Made by a program: the position numbers and the translations under genes. A stretch of DNA of 64,000 bases, from the NCBI GenBank assembly GCA_951406725.2, contig OX597817.1, positions 135,408,001 through 135,472,000 of the forward strand, given 5' to 3'. Source of the DNA: Octopus vulgaris (Eukaryota). The notes beneath the pieces are model-generated. The model saw only the letters and a list, made by a program, of their open reading frames with translations, was not told where the DNA came from and ran no database searches. This document shows, piece after piece, positions 1 to 12,495 of this stretch (position 1 is the stretch's first letter; the number at the start of each line of letters is the position of its first letter).

Positions 1-252
1 GCGCCCGAGCATATATATATGCAGCAAGGAATTTTGTCAGTGAACAGGTCGCGGTCTCAAAGCGACGAAAATATTTTGTCAAATTAAATTCAAACGTTGA
101 AGTGAATCCAACGGTTTTTGTGTGTTTCTTAAATGGCTTATAAACACCTTCCACGCTGCAAATGTTTCTGTTTCAGCACACTGACTCAGATCAGGTCACT
201 TGCTATGCAAATACATTTCCATAATATACATATATATATATATATATATATA

Positions 253-1538
253 TTTGGTTGGCAAGAAAGTAATTTCGGTTTTTTAGCGTGAAATAAGTAA
301 ATTTTTTCATAGAAAGAATTAACTTTAATCAGTTATACCTTTTCCATTTTGTTTGATGTCCTTTTACCATCTTTCTGGCAACTTCATGATTCTACGCTCA
401 TAGAACTTCTGGTCCTTATCAGCCACAAAGTGAAGCAAGTGCGATTTCAGGTCATCATCGTTATTGAAAGTTTTGCCATTCAAAGAATTTTGCAAACTTC
501 GAAATAAATGGTAATCTGATGGTGCAAGGTCAGGGCTATATGGTGGATGTGACATCACTTCCCAACCAAACTCCAATAATTTTTCACGAGTTAGCAAAGA
601 CATGTCTGGTTTAGTGTAGTCATGGTGAAACACGATTCCTTTACGATTTGCCAATTCTGGTCGTCTTTCTTTGATTAATTCCTCCAGTTTCATTAGTCGT
701 TGACAGTAAACATCTGAATTGATCGTTTGGTTCCTTGGAAGCAGATCACAATACACAACACCTTTGTAATCCCACCAAATGGACAGCATGGCCTTTTTTG
801 ATGCAATTCAGCTTTCGATGTGGTTTGTATTGGTTCATTACGCTTGGACCATGATCGTTTTCTATTGATGTTATTTTAGACAATCCATTTTTCCTCACCA
901 GTGGTGATTCGTTTCAAGAAAAGTTCGATTTCATTGTTTGAGATGGGTAACGCAAATATTGATTCGTTGTGTTAAGTGAATCTCTTTCAATTCATGTGGA
1001 ACCCAAATATCGACCTTCTTAACGACTCCAAGACATTTTAAGTGATTTTCAGTTCTTGTGTGTGATACGATACATTTAACCTCTGCAATCTCTCGCACAG
1101 TTATATGACAATCAGATTCAATTGTGGTTTTGATTCGGTCATCATCAACCTCAGTAGGTCGACCAGAACTTTGTTATCTTTGAGGGAAAAATTTCCAGAA
1201 CAGAATTTCTGAAAACCATTTCTGACATATGCGTTCTATTAAGCAATCAACACGATAAACTTCACATATGTCTTTGTGAGCCTCAACAGCTTTCTTGCCT
1301 TTACGGAAGTAAAAAAAAAGCAAAACATAGCGTGAATGTTCGTTTTTGCACTCCATGTTTTAAAATTGACACTGAACTAACAGGTGTAGACAAAATTACG
1401 CGCAATTTGCTTCTACAGTAAGCTAAAAGTAACGGCTATCAAATGTCAAAAGGAAAAAAATCATAATATTGACAAAATTCATTTTAAAAAATCGTAACTC
1501 TGTTTGCGAGAAATGAAATTACTTTCTTGCCAACCCAA
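253..1538 (-). mobile_element. Full-length mariner DNA transposon (mellifera-subfamily-like), inactive
   Basis: TIRs tttggttggcaagaaagtaatttc (253-276) and gaaattactttcttgccaacccaa (1515-1538), TA on both flanks, 1286 bp, transposase relic inside. Confidence 0.95.
325..1356 (-). pseudogene. Mariner (DD34D) transposase pseudogene
   Basis: N-terminus MECKNEHSRYVLLFFYFRKGKK; C-terminal RRPELANRKGIVFHHD and HPPYSPDLAPSDYHLFRSLQN; frameshifts; premature stop at 364-366; HDNARPH degraded to HDYTKPD. Confidence 0.93.
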
Positions 1539-3234
1539 TATATGCACGCAGGATGGGCTTCCATATTCTTTCTGTCTGCCAAATTTCCCTCAAGGCTTTA
1601 ATCATCTTAAGATTATCGTAAAATTTTATACAAGTTACTGTGTAATGGTTCGAACCAAGAACAATACAGTTAATCATAGAGCAGCGCCTGTGCTTATATT
1701 ACTCATATATTCCATTTGTTTAGAATCCACGGCTCATTTCGGTAGCAACATCGTTCACTGCGAATATGGGTTCAAGTCTTACTCTATGAACTTTTCCCTC
1801 TTATTTGAAATCAAGTTGCAACATTACATATTAAGATTTGATAATGTTTTATTAAATTATTTCTACAGCATGGAATTATCCAACGTCTCTAGTTTTGTTT
1901 CAGAGTTAAGATTGTTTTCTTGTTGACGTAAAATGAAAAACGATAACTCTCAAAGTAGAAGAGGTTGGCAAGTGTATAACAAGGACGAAAGCTTTCAGAA
2001 GTATTGTCTCTTTAAATTGCACATTCAATCAGGTGGACTTTTAACTCATCTAAAGACTAAAGTTTTAAAAAAAATGCAATTTCATAATTCCCTAGAAACA
2101 TCCAACCATTTTACAGATTTCAAAATAGCCGTAGACTTTCCATGGTTATTGACTTAACGAATTAATTAACACAGGAGCCTTGATAAGGTAGTTCAACTTG
2201 CTAGAAGAAAAATCAAATCTCCCTCAAATCACACACTACTATTTTGAATAAGGAAAATATCCATTCGATAATGTAGTCCTAGTTAACTGTAGCAAGACGG
2301 AACGGTCATTGCTAGATTACATTTCACCAAAGGTCTGCTCGGTCGGACCTGACCTAGGATTAAATAACAATAGCAGCTGGAATGCTTTATGACATTTTCT
2401 TGGTTTTATATTTACTTATATTAACTGCTGTCCCCGCTACAGAGAAGAATGATGTCAAAATTCCAATAAGGAAACCTAAGCGTGGTTGCTCAGCCAGCCA
2501 GAAATGACAATCAAACCTACCTCACTTGTTATGAGAAACAAAGAAAATTTTTCAACCCAGCGAGTGATTGACCGGCGGCAACTTTTAGTACAACAATCGA
2601 ATTAATGTCTCTTCTCGGTTATATCCACTGCAGAATCATAACAATGAACATTGTGTACAAACTTGTGTGTCTTCAAATCCCCAAGAGAAAGACGTTTAAT
2701 ACGAGATTATCAGACAAGTGTTCTGTCAGCTGGTGAATATATATTATTGAGCTCATGTATCAATTGAACGGCCAACGGGATAGACTTAGTCAAACACAAT
2801 CACAGATTGTACATTTGGAGGGATTATTGGTACCTTTTTTAAATTAAATTTTTGGTGCTTAATATGATTCTTCAAAAAGTCCAGGGACGCAGTCGGTATG
2901 TTTTTTTCTCAATGATGTCCTATTAATTTTCAAAACCTTTTACATGAATATTGCCTCATAAGTCAGTCTTGTATCTTCATTTCGATATGTAAGGAGATAT
3001 TTTACAGAATATAGTTATTTCTCCACAGGAAGAGGCTATGGAGTTCTGCCAAATTACAAACGAAATATTACCTTGTTATGTTACGTCACAAGAGAGGTTT
3101 TTATGCCTACAGTATTCTCTATGACTTCAATATTACTGACGCACATACAGACACACACACACACACACATTATTTATGTATGTGTGCGTAATATAAGTTT
3201 CTTACGTCTGTAAACATAGACGCATTTATATACA

Positions 3235-3295
3235 TATATATATAGAGAGAGAGAGAGATAGAGAGAGAGAGAGATAGAGAGAGATATAGAGAGAG

Positions 3296-3367
<72 letters not shown>

Positions 3368-3569
3368 GCGTGCATGTATATATATGTATGTATGTTAACA
3401 TATGTGTCGGTGTATGTGTATGTGTATATGTGTGTGTGTGTCTATCTATCAATCGCTCTCTCTCTCTCCCTATATATATATATATATGTGTGTGTGTATG
3501 TATGTATGTATGTATGTATGTATGTATGTATGTATGTTGGTATGTATGTAGGTATGTATGTATAGATAA

Positions 3570-3626
<57 letters not shown>

Positions 3627-3651
3627 TGACGGACAGACAGGCAGGCAGGCA
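3235..3651. repeat. Compound microsatellite (TA/GA/GATA/TATG/GACA)
   Basis: Directly visible simple repeats; explains the overlapping ORF artefacts. Confidence 0.95.
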
Positions 3652-3929
3652 GAGATCTTTGTTTCCGTTCCAAAAAGCATGCGGAGCACATAAAAAAAAA
3701 TAGAAAGAAACAAGCTGTTTATCTCCATGAATATAGATTTTATTACATAGCAACTGAACAACAACAATCTCTAAATGAGATTCTCAGAAACGATTGAAAC
3801 GATTCTTTGAAATAATTTCATATCAGTTTATATCTCGTTCATCATTTTTAATTTCGTCATTTTTTTCAAAAGGTTTGTGGAGAGAAAAAGTTTTCCAATT
3901 CAAGAACTACCTCGAAATTCTGTACTGCA

Positions 3930-4256
3930 TACACACACGCGCGTACGTCGGATGTGCACACACACAAGCACGTACGCACACGTACGAACGCACACACACA
4001 CACACACGTACACGTACACGCACGTACGAACGCACACACACACACACTCGCGCGTGCAAGTCGGACGCACGTGCAAGTCGGACGCGCGTGCGCGCACACA
4101 CATACACACTCACACACACACACACACACACACTCACACAGGCACATACCCACACACACATGCACACACACGCGCGCGTAAGCACGCACGCACACGCGCG
4201 CACACTCACGTACACACTCACACACACAGGCGCCCACACACACACACACACACACA
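3930..4256. repeat. Degenerate (CA)n/(CACG)n microsatellite
   Basis: Directly visible. Confidence 0.9.
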
Positions 4257-4269
4257 TTTATATGCATAC

Positions 4270-4792
4270 ATATTTTTTCTTTTACATGCTTCAATCATTT
4301 TACTGCGGACAAGCTGGGGCAGTGCTTCCTTAAAGGATTTTTCATCGAATAAATCAACTCCATTAGTTATTTTTTTAATCTAGTATTATATTTTCTCTTT
4401 TGCCGAACTGCTAAGTTATGGGAACAGAAATTGTATATTGCACTGTTATAGCCAGTCTGAATATGCCTGAGGCACGTCCGAACCAGTGAACAAGCTACTC
4501 ACTGCGTTTTGTCACGGAAAATATATCCCGTTTGTTGACAAATGGTGTGTGTACACCTATATCAGCTCACAGCGCCACCTACCCAGACCGTGAGATGCAA
4601 GCATTTCGGAGTAGTTATCCCCTCTTCGTTTACAGAAATGTATATATATATATGATCTTTCAGTTTCCGTCGACCATATCCACTTACAAGGCTTTGGTCG
4701 TACTGGAACTATAGTAGAAAGAAGACACTTGCCCATGGTGCTACACAGTGGGACGAACCCGAAACCACGTGTTGGAAAGCAAACTTCTTACC
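4270..4792 (-). mobile_element. tRNA-derived SINE family 1, degenerate, head split by hAT insertion
   Basis: Similar to 27553-27960 (tttgccgaactgctaagttatggg; gaagacacttgccc; gtgggacgaacccgaaaccac); the head resumes at about 8078. Confidence 0.75.
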
Positions 4793-5492
4793 CAAGTGCC
4801 CGGGAACAGGGGGTGCAGTGGGTGCACCTGCACCCCTTGCAATTTTCAGGTGGTGCAAGATCAAAATTTGCACCCCCTACATAATTTTACCAGTTTCAGA
4901 AAATAGTGTCTAAAAAATTATCAGTATAAGATGCTTGAAGCTAGATTTCGTTTCAAACCAAAAACAAAAAACAAAAATAAATAAAACTGATGAAGCTTGG
5001 CTTAAAATTCCCAAGGGAATTTATGACTAACCAACTTCTGAAGCAAAGTAGCGTCGAAATAAAAAGTATGTAACAACAACAACAACAGTAGCAGCAAACA
5101 ACAAGAACAACAACATGACCAGCATCTACGGCTACTCTTCAATACATAGCATTACTTGGATTCTTGAAGACAGCTCTATTCTGACAAAAATAACTCCGAA
5201 ATCTTACAATGCTGAAAATATGTGAAGGTTCTTGTCCTCTCTCTATCTGTCACTCTTCTCTCTCAAGTTATTTGTAGTTGATGTCGCTAAAGACTGACGA
5301 CATGGGTGACTGTTTGACCTCAGCAGAAAAATTAAAAACCCTTTAAAAATTCTTTCAGTCATATCGGTTTTCTCATTTAGGTTGTTAGGTGCAAAGTTTG
5401 ACGAGGGAAAAAAATTGATTTATTTTTATCTTTCATATTTGATGCTCATTGTAAAATGCTTTGATATTTGTTGCTCATTCGAAATACTAGTC

Positions 5493-5817
5493 CATCCTCG
5501 GAACTTTCCAGAAAATACCTCATTCTCGGAACTTTCCAGGAAATCCCTCATCCTTGGAATTTTCCAAGAAATCCTCATCCTCGGAACTTTCCAGGAAGTC
5601 CCTCAACCTCGGAACTTTGCGGGAAGTCCCTTATCCTCGGAAATTTCCAGGAAATCCTTCGTCCCTTGGAACTTTCCTGGAAATCCTCATCCTCTGGACT
5701 TACCACGGAATCCTCATCCTCGGAACTTTCCAGGAAATCCTTCATCCTCGGGACTTTCCATTAAATCCTTCATCCTCGGTACTTTCCAGGAAATCCCTCA
5801 TCTTCGGAACTTTCCAG
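5493..5817 (+). repeat. Minisatellite, about 28-bp unit (catcctcggaactttccaggaaatccct), about 11-12 copies
   Basis: Tandem units visible; directly abuts the LINE RT fragment. Confidence 0.93.
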
Positions 5818-6545
5818 TGCTGAAATATGTGGATGACACCAAGCTGTACCTTGAAATAAAAAGAACAGTTCCTATCCTGCAATCAGACCTGGATACAATG
5901 CAGCAGTGGACCTCTGACTGGCAACTCAAGCTAGCTGTAGACAAGTGTGTCACCATGCATTTTGGGAGGAAAAATCCAGCCTTTACATACTCCCTCAGCC
6001 ACACCAATCTCAAGAATTCTTCTAGTGGACATGATTTGGGTATTATTGTAAACAACAAACTTCATTGGACAAACCACATATCTAAGATTGTCAAAAAGGC
6101 TGAGGGGTGTGTTAGCATCACTCAGTAAGACCTTTGTCAACCACTCTCCAGCTATCTATTTAAAATTGTATACAACAATGGCATGTCCACACTTGGAATT
6201 TGCATCACTAGTCTGGAAACCCTCTCTTGCTCAGCATATAAATCTCCTGGAAACTGTTCAGAAATGTGCAACAAAGCGAATATCCGCCGTCAGACATCTA
6301 CCATACTCTGAACGTCTTGCTTTCCCGGGAATGGATACATTGAAGCCCAGACGTCTGGCAACTGACTTCATTGACACCTACAAGATTATCCACCATATTT
6401 CCAACAACATATGGTACCTTTTTGAATTCCATATGACAAACACTCACGGACATGCTTATAAAATCAAAAAACAACACAGCACCCATGACTTTCGGAAACA
6501 ATTTTTCATGCTCAGAATTGCAGAAGCATGGAATAAATTTCCTTC
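5817..6545 (+). mobile_element. CR1-group LINE reverse transcriptase 3' fragment (frameshifted)
   Basis: KYVDDTKLY, LQSDLDTMQQW, DLGIIVNNKLHWTNHI, PHLEFASLVWKP, LETVQKCATK, YSERL, RIAEAWNKFP. Confidence 0.9.
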
Positions 6546-6962
6546 GTCATTATATATGTATGTGTGTTGACTTTCTGTGCAACAGTTATGGCTGTTAGTC
6601 AATGTAATGTCACACACTCACTTCTGTTCCCACTCAGTGGTACCCTACGCAGTGTTCAATATATGACGTAAGACTGCCTCTCTTTTCTATCTATTTCTCT
6701 GTCTTTCTCCTATCCCCTCTATCTACCTCTCTACCTATCTGCTGCTTTTCTCTCTTTACTGCCTTCCATTTCTTCCTATGTCCATCTCTGTCAACTACCT
6801 ACTGGCTATCTTTATTCCCTTATTTCTCCGCACTCTCTCTTTCTTCCTACTTGCTCTTCCCTAACCTTCTCTACTCTCTTTCTTCACTTTTTTGGTACCA
6901 AAAGACAATCCAATGTTTTATCACTCATCGTTTTTCTACTTGACCAATGCTTAGGTAAGACA

Positions 6963-7150
6963 TCATATGTTTAATGTTCATTTTCCATGCTGGTATAGGA
7001 TGAACGGTTCGACTGGGGACTGGGAAGCCAGGAGGCTGCACCAGGCTCCAGTTTGATCTGGCAGTGTTTCTACAGCTGGATGCATTCCTAACGCCAACCA
7101 CTCCGAGAGTGTAGTGGGTGCTTTTTCTACGTGCCACTGGCACAGGGGCC
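6963..7150 (-). mobile_element. 3' end of an RTE-type retroposon/SINE
   Basis: gtttaatgttcattttccatgctgg...ctacagctggatgcattcctaacgccaacc; related copy at about 60038-60260. Confidence 0.6.
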
Positions 7151-7429
7151 AATCTCTTGCCTAGTACTCATTTCAGATCCCCAGTTTATCTTTTCACTTT
7201 TCATTATTTTCTTTCCTTCTAACTTCCTTCCCTCTACCCCATCTCTCTATCCTTCTCATGAGCCTTCTCATTGTACCTTTGGAACACAAGCAACCCTATT
7301 TTCTTCCTTTTTTTGTTAGTTTTTGTCATGTAGTGTCCCACATTTTGAAATACTTGCAATTTGTATTTTTACTGCTTGTTTGCTCTGCTTGATATATTTC
7401 CAAAATTAAGCATTTTAATATGCAAAATA

Positions 7430-7942
7430 CACTTCACATTAGTACATATACTATATGTTAATGCAAAAAATATTGTATTTATTGACCATCCTCAAAATGA
7501 TCACACCATCAATGGAAAATTTATATGCCAACTTCCTAAGACAGTTATGAAAGGCTATCAAGACCAAACACCCGAAAAAACTGGTGAATGGGTCTTGTTT
7601 CATTAGGACAATGCTTCAGCACAGACGTCCTTGGTTTCAATGGCTGCTGTGACTGGCTTTGAACTGGTTGATCACCCCTCCCTATGTTAGTGATTTGGTT
7701 CCATCAGGTTATCATCTGTTTCCCAACATAGAAAAACACTCAGCTGAGCACCAGTATCACTATGATGAGAACATCTTATCTGTTGTTGATGACCATTTTG
7801 ATCAACAGTGTAATCCAAGCACTGCAACTACTTATGGAAGTGTGTGGACAGTAAGAGGAACTATGTTAGAAAATGAACTTCATTTGGTCACATTCCATTG
7901 AGAGTGTCTTGCTCAGATTATGAACATTTCAGTCGACCCTCA
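7430..7942 (+). mobile_element. Degenerate mariner 3' fragment (different subfamily from 253-1538)
   Basis: IVFIDHPQNDHTING, VLFH*DNA, SDLVPSGYHLFPN motifs; right TIR ...tgaacatttcagtcgaccctca followed by TA. Confidence 0.85.
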
Positions 7943-8539
7943 TAATAATAAAAATTATTATTATACCTGCATTTGTTTTAATGTTAACATTGGAAAAAAT
8001 CCACATTTTTCATAAAAAAATTAGGACCTGGGTTTGCACCCCTTAACAGATTTTGTTGCTGGGCCACTGTTCTTACCGCAGCGTCATGCCCCCAATCTGA
8101 GAGGAGAACACGTTGAATTAAATTATAATTAACTGGTCCTCTAATACTTTCTTTTACCCAAAACCAGGACTTTCCAATATTCCCCTCGTCCCTCGTGAGT
8201 ATATATGTATACATTGCACACACACACACACATGCACTCACACAATATACACACGCATACACATGCACGCACACAATATACACATGCACACACATATATG
8301 CACATGCATACACAAAGACACACATTCGTACACGCAAATGAACCCACACATACCTCCTACACTCATACATACATGGACATACATACACACGCACACACAC
8401 ACAGTGTAACATTTATTCCACAGACGCAACCTCACGTACACGCACATACCACACATATACACGCACATACAGACACAGGCACACACTGCACACAAAACAC
8501 ACACACACACACAACATATACATACACGCACACACACAT

Positions 8540-9045
8540 ACTTCAAACTACCAGTTAAACACCTTTCTACCAACCATTCTCCTACGCACATGTGAAGAGA
8601 CACGTACACAAAAGACAGCCACTCCTACTATAAATTCTTCCTACGGCATTAAGTGACAAAAAGTCCATCACACACACACATATAAACAGCCAAAACCACA
8701 CACAAACACATGCACATACGCACACATACGTGCTATTATAACACACACATACAGACCTGCGCGCACATACACACCTAAACATACACACACATACCTCCTT
8801 CTCTTGTACTCTCCTGTCTTAGAAAGAACTTGTTCTTCACCCATTCCCTTTCGGTCATTTCAAAATGTAACCACGTGTGAATCGTTGGCGATTTTCTTCC
8901 TCCGTCTTCCTTTCTTTTGGACTTTCCTCTATTTCTGAAGAAGAGCTTTGCTCGAAACGTTAAATCCTCATTCCTTTCCTTTCCTGGGCGTCTGATAATA
9001 CATTACTTGTTGTTTTTCATATTTGTTCTTTGTTAGGATTCACTA
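8540..9045 (+). mobile_element. Penelope-like element 3' terminal (pLTR) fragment ending in (TA)n
   Basis: Pyrimidine-rich UTR with a minimal hammerhead at 8931-8965; its downstream part matches 46069-46170. Confidence 0.65.
8931..8965 (+). ncRNA. Minimal type I hammerhead ribozyme motif
   Basis: attt-CTGAAGA-a-gagc ttt gctc-GAAAC GT T-aaat; palindromic stem III (acgt) as in PLE-associated minimal HHRs. Confidence 0.75.
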
Positions 9046-9059
9046 TATATATATATATG

Positions 9060-9158
<99 letters not shown>

Positions 9159-9312
9159 CAAAAAGTGATTCAAGTTAATTTAAATGAATTTACTTGAATA
9201 TGGTACCTAACTTAGATGCACCAAAAAAACTATACTGATTTAACAATACAGTAATGTGGGGTGATTATGATGGATAGGTTTTTGTACTAAAACCTATCCA
9301 TTCTGTTGCCAT

Positions 9313-9361
<49 letters not shown>

Positions 9362-9419
9362 GTGTGTGTGTTTACATGTGTGTGTGTGTGTGTGTGTGTG
9401 ACAATCAGACAGAAAAATG

Positions 9420-11100
9420 AAAATGAAGATTGTTTTTACATAACTTTATTCAATGTTCGGATCGTTTCAAATTTCTAGAGGGACTATTTCGCCGTTATAC
9501 AATGATTTGTATGCATGATTGATCAGTTAATTAATGGAACAGTTAGCCGTCAACCATTCTCCTTAGATCGCCTCAGTTATTGCGGTAAATTTTCAGAGTT
9601 TACAACAAACGTAGGAACTTGTGTAAGTGAGACGTATTGTCTTCGAGTTATAAATATCAAGAATACATGGGGACTTTAGATTAACTGATTTATCAAATTG
9701 CCTTCTTTGATTTATTATCTCCTTGCTAAATTTACAGTTCTGGGAGGTCAAGATGTCATCAACTATAAGCGTCTGCTAGTCAGTGAGAAACTGAGCACGA
9801 AAAATTACTATTATATATTTTTGCAGTACTAATTTGTGGAGGGGTGGTATTTTTAAGTTAAGACGGAGGAGAGAGTTGAAAGTAATTCGAAGAGAGAACG
9901 GGGGGAAATTCAACTAGGTGTATAATAGGTATATCTTTTAAGTTAAAAGTTCATCTATATAGTCAAGAAATATTAGACTTACTACTGTTAAAATAAATGT
10001 AATTCATTAAAATTAAGCTATATTAAATTAGGTCCAATAGCTAGGGATTATATTAAATATTAGTTAGGAAAAGAATATTTTTAAAAGAGGTAAGAGAATC
10101 CACGAGAACGGAACGCAGATACTCATCTTAGCCATAGCTTGGCTACTTAATTATATACGATTTTTGTATGAAAGTTTTAAGAATTTTGTTAAATGTGAAC
10201 TGTGATTTATAAGTTGGATTTACAAATGAAAATTTCCAGTGCCTCCTCGAAGCACAAATTACAGCTTCAATCATCCTACTGTAAGGAAAAGCACCACTAT
10301 AGAGTAGTTTACATTTCTTCCTTTGAGGTCCCAGATAAACTTGACCAACGAAGTGCAGGTTTCTTTTGTATCTAAAAGAATGAATGTGGTTATATATTCT
10401 GATATTGAATTTCGAAGCGATAACACCTATGTAATAACAGACAGTTTCAGGCGTTTTGAACACTTATATATTAAATTATCCTTCTGACATTGTTTACCTA
10501 AGGGGCATTTGCCATGGTTTCTAAAATTACACATTTTATTAGGTATGTAGTCATAAGGGACCTTATATTTTCCTATTAGTATTATTGTTGTTGCTCAAAG
10601 GAGATACTCTACTATTATCATTACCGTTTTATATACCTAAAATATGTGTTTTATAAGTGGTAGATACCAGACTGGTCCGCGCATTCCGAATAATGATATT
10701 TTACTCTTTCTGACGGTATTCAATTTTTTAAAGTTTCTAGCCGTTGTTAAAATTAGACAGGTGATAATTTACTGTCATTTTGTCGTTACCATAATGGTTT
10801 GTAATGATGCACACCGTGCATTTGCTGGTGAAATGTTTGTCAAGAATATGCAGGGAATTTTGCTTCAACCTGTAAATAATGAAAGCAGTGGTATATATCC
10901 TTGCTTAACACCTTAATCCTGTAGTTAATATAACCCTTCGCCGTTTTAAACTTTGCAGTTCAGTTATTCAGGTGTGAGACGACACAGTTAATCCAGATTT
11001 CTGCCATATTCTATCCAGTGTAGTCTGGTAAGTTTTCAAAGTTAACATTATACAGCGTTCATTGGAAGATTTCATTTCTGTTATTTCTCTTCAGCTTCGA
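9420..11100 (-). mobile_element. Decayed Penelope-like retroelement (GIY-YIG endonuclease region plus 3' UTR)
   Basis: Minus-strand translation at about 10535-10270 gives CNFRNHGKCPLGKQCQKDNLIYKC..YYIGVIASKFNIRIYNHIHSFR..TSLVKFIWDLKGRNVNYSI; LHILDKHF upstream; ends next to (TG)n/(TA)n. Confidence 0.8.
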
Positions 11101-11179
11101 CTTTTGTCTTCGTAACCTTCTGACTCTAATATTTATTATTTTTTGTCACGATTGAGTCGAAGACACTAACTTGGACTTG

Positions 11180-11535
11180 CAACCATATGGTTTCGGGTTC
11201 AATTCCACTGTGTGGCACCTTGGGCAAGTGTCTTCTACAATAACCACGAGCCAACCGATGCCTTGTAACGGTAATTTGGCAGACGGAAACAGTGTGGAAG
11301 GCTGTCGTGTGTGTGTGTGTGTGTGTGCGTGTGTGTGTGTGTTAGTGCGTGCGTGCGTGCAATTGCTTGTGCTTATGCTCTATTACTGCCAGACAACCGA
11401 AGCTGGTTTGTTTACGCTCCCGTGAATAAGCAATAAGTACTAAACTGAAAATAAATACTAGAGTCGGTTTATTCCAGTAAGCCCTTCCAGGCAATACTCC
11501 AGCATAGCCGCGACCCAGTGACTAAAACAAGGTAG
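11180..11535 (+). mobile_element. tRNA-derived SINE family 1, degenerate
   Basis: gggttcaattccactgtgtggcaccttgggcaagtgtcttctac, internal (GT)n, tail ccagcatagccgcga. Confidence 0.8.
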
Positions 11536-12429
11536 ATCATTTTTTTTTCTTTTATTATCTCTACATCGCAGATATCATATCGCACAGATATCATATACGA
11601 CCGGACCCTTCATTCATGAAGATATCTCTTTCAGTTCAGAAACCAGTTTTGTTATTTCATACAAAACTAAACGACGCAGAATTTCTTCGTTTTTTTCTTT
11701 CTTCTTTTTTCTTTTTCGCCTTCAGCTCGCTTAAGTAGTTCGCTTATTGACTTCCACACATTTTATCTTATAACTTATCTCTGTCGGGTAGCATCAGATG
11801 GCACCAGCCCAGATAACGGTAAACATCAACCCAGAATGAGATCTACATTAACTCTAAACTTTGGCGAACCAAAACAATATAATAGTATGTGTGACCATTT
11901 AATAGTTTTCCATTATCTCAAGAAATGGAGCCACTCCACCCCCCAGCACACACATCACCTCCCCCACACCTACTTAATACTTGAAAGGAATTAATCGCCC
12001 ACTTAAGGAATGGAGACGATGCCTATCAAGTTCGCTCATACTTAATTGAGAGTGTGTCTCGGCGTATATATGTGTGTGTATGTGTGTATGTGTGTAGCTA
12101 TAGATATGCATGTTGTTTTCGAAAAAAGTGTGAAAGGAACATTTGCTATGTATATGTATGTATACACACACACACACACACACACACGTCCACTATAATC
12201 CAGCGTTTGCAATACTTTTTTCGTCTGGCGTTAACAGCCCTTCTTATCTTGTTCTCCTTGTCCTGTCTCTCACTGTTATATATTTATTTTTCCACTGTTT
12301 ATATATATATTTTTTACTGTTTATATGTTTGTACTGTCGTTACCGTCTTGCTTTTTTTTACCCCTCTGCGACAAGATCTCAGAATTTTAATTGATTTGCT
12401 TTTCGCAGGAAGGAATTTTTCATTCGAAG

Positions 12430-12495
12430 TATACGTCTCGCTTTTATCCTTTGAAACGTTTAGTAGATGAAACTTTAGCGACTGAAGAAGGGGAT
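12430..12495 (+). ncRNA. Candidate reversed-order hammerhead ribozyme (family A, copy 1)
   Basis: tatacgT C tcgct - ttt - atccttt GAA acgttta - 14 nt - agcga CTGAAGA aggggat. Stems: I tcgct/agcga, II aggggat/atccttt, III tatacgt/acgttta. Confidence 0.6.

Larger units (their letters stand above)
4793..8069. mobile_element. Non-autonomous hAT-type DNA transposon carrying nested inserts
   Basis: Perfect 8-bp TSD ttcttacc (4785-4792 and 8070-8077); imperfect TIRs caagtgcccgggaac / gttgctgggccactg; subterminal ggggtgca/tgcacccc motifs at both ends. Confidence 0.8.

Noticed and set aside
30-90. Hammerhead-like gtcgc..gcgac GAAA atat
   Set aside because: No recognisable CUGANGA; at most a decayed PLE terminus.
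3174-4383. Many long ORFs rich in YI/HT/CV (also at 8-8.8, 13-16, 20-21, 33, 46 and 52 kb)
   Set aside because: Translations of microsatellites; no domain content.
9455-9580. Hammerhead in the 3' UTR of the Penelope relic
   Set aside because: ctgaggc and gaaacgatc are present on the minus strand, but stems I and III could not be paired convincingly.
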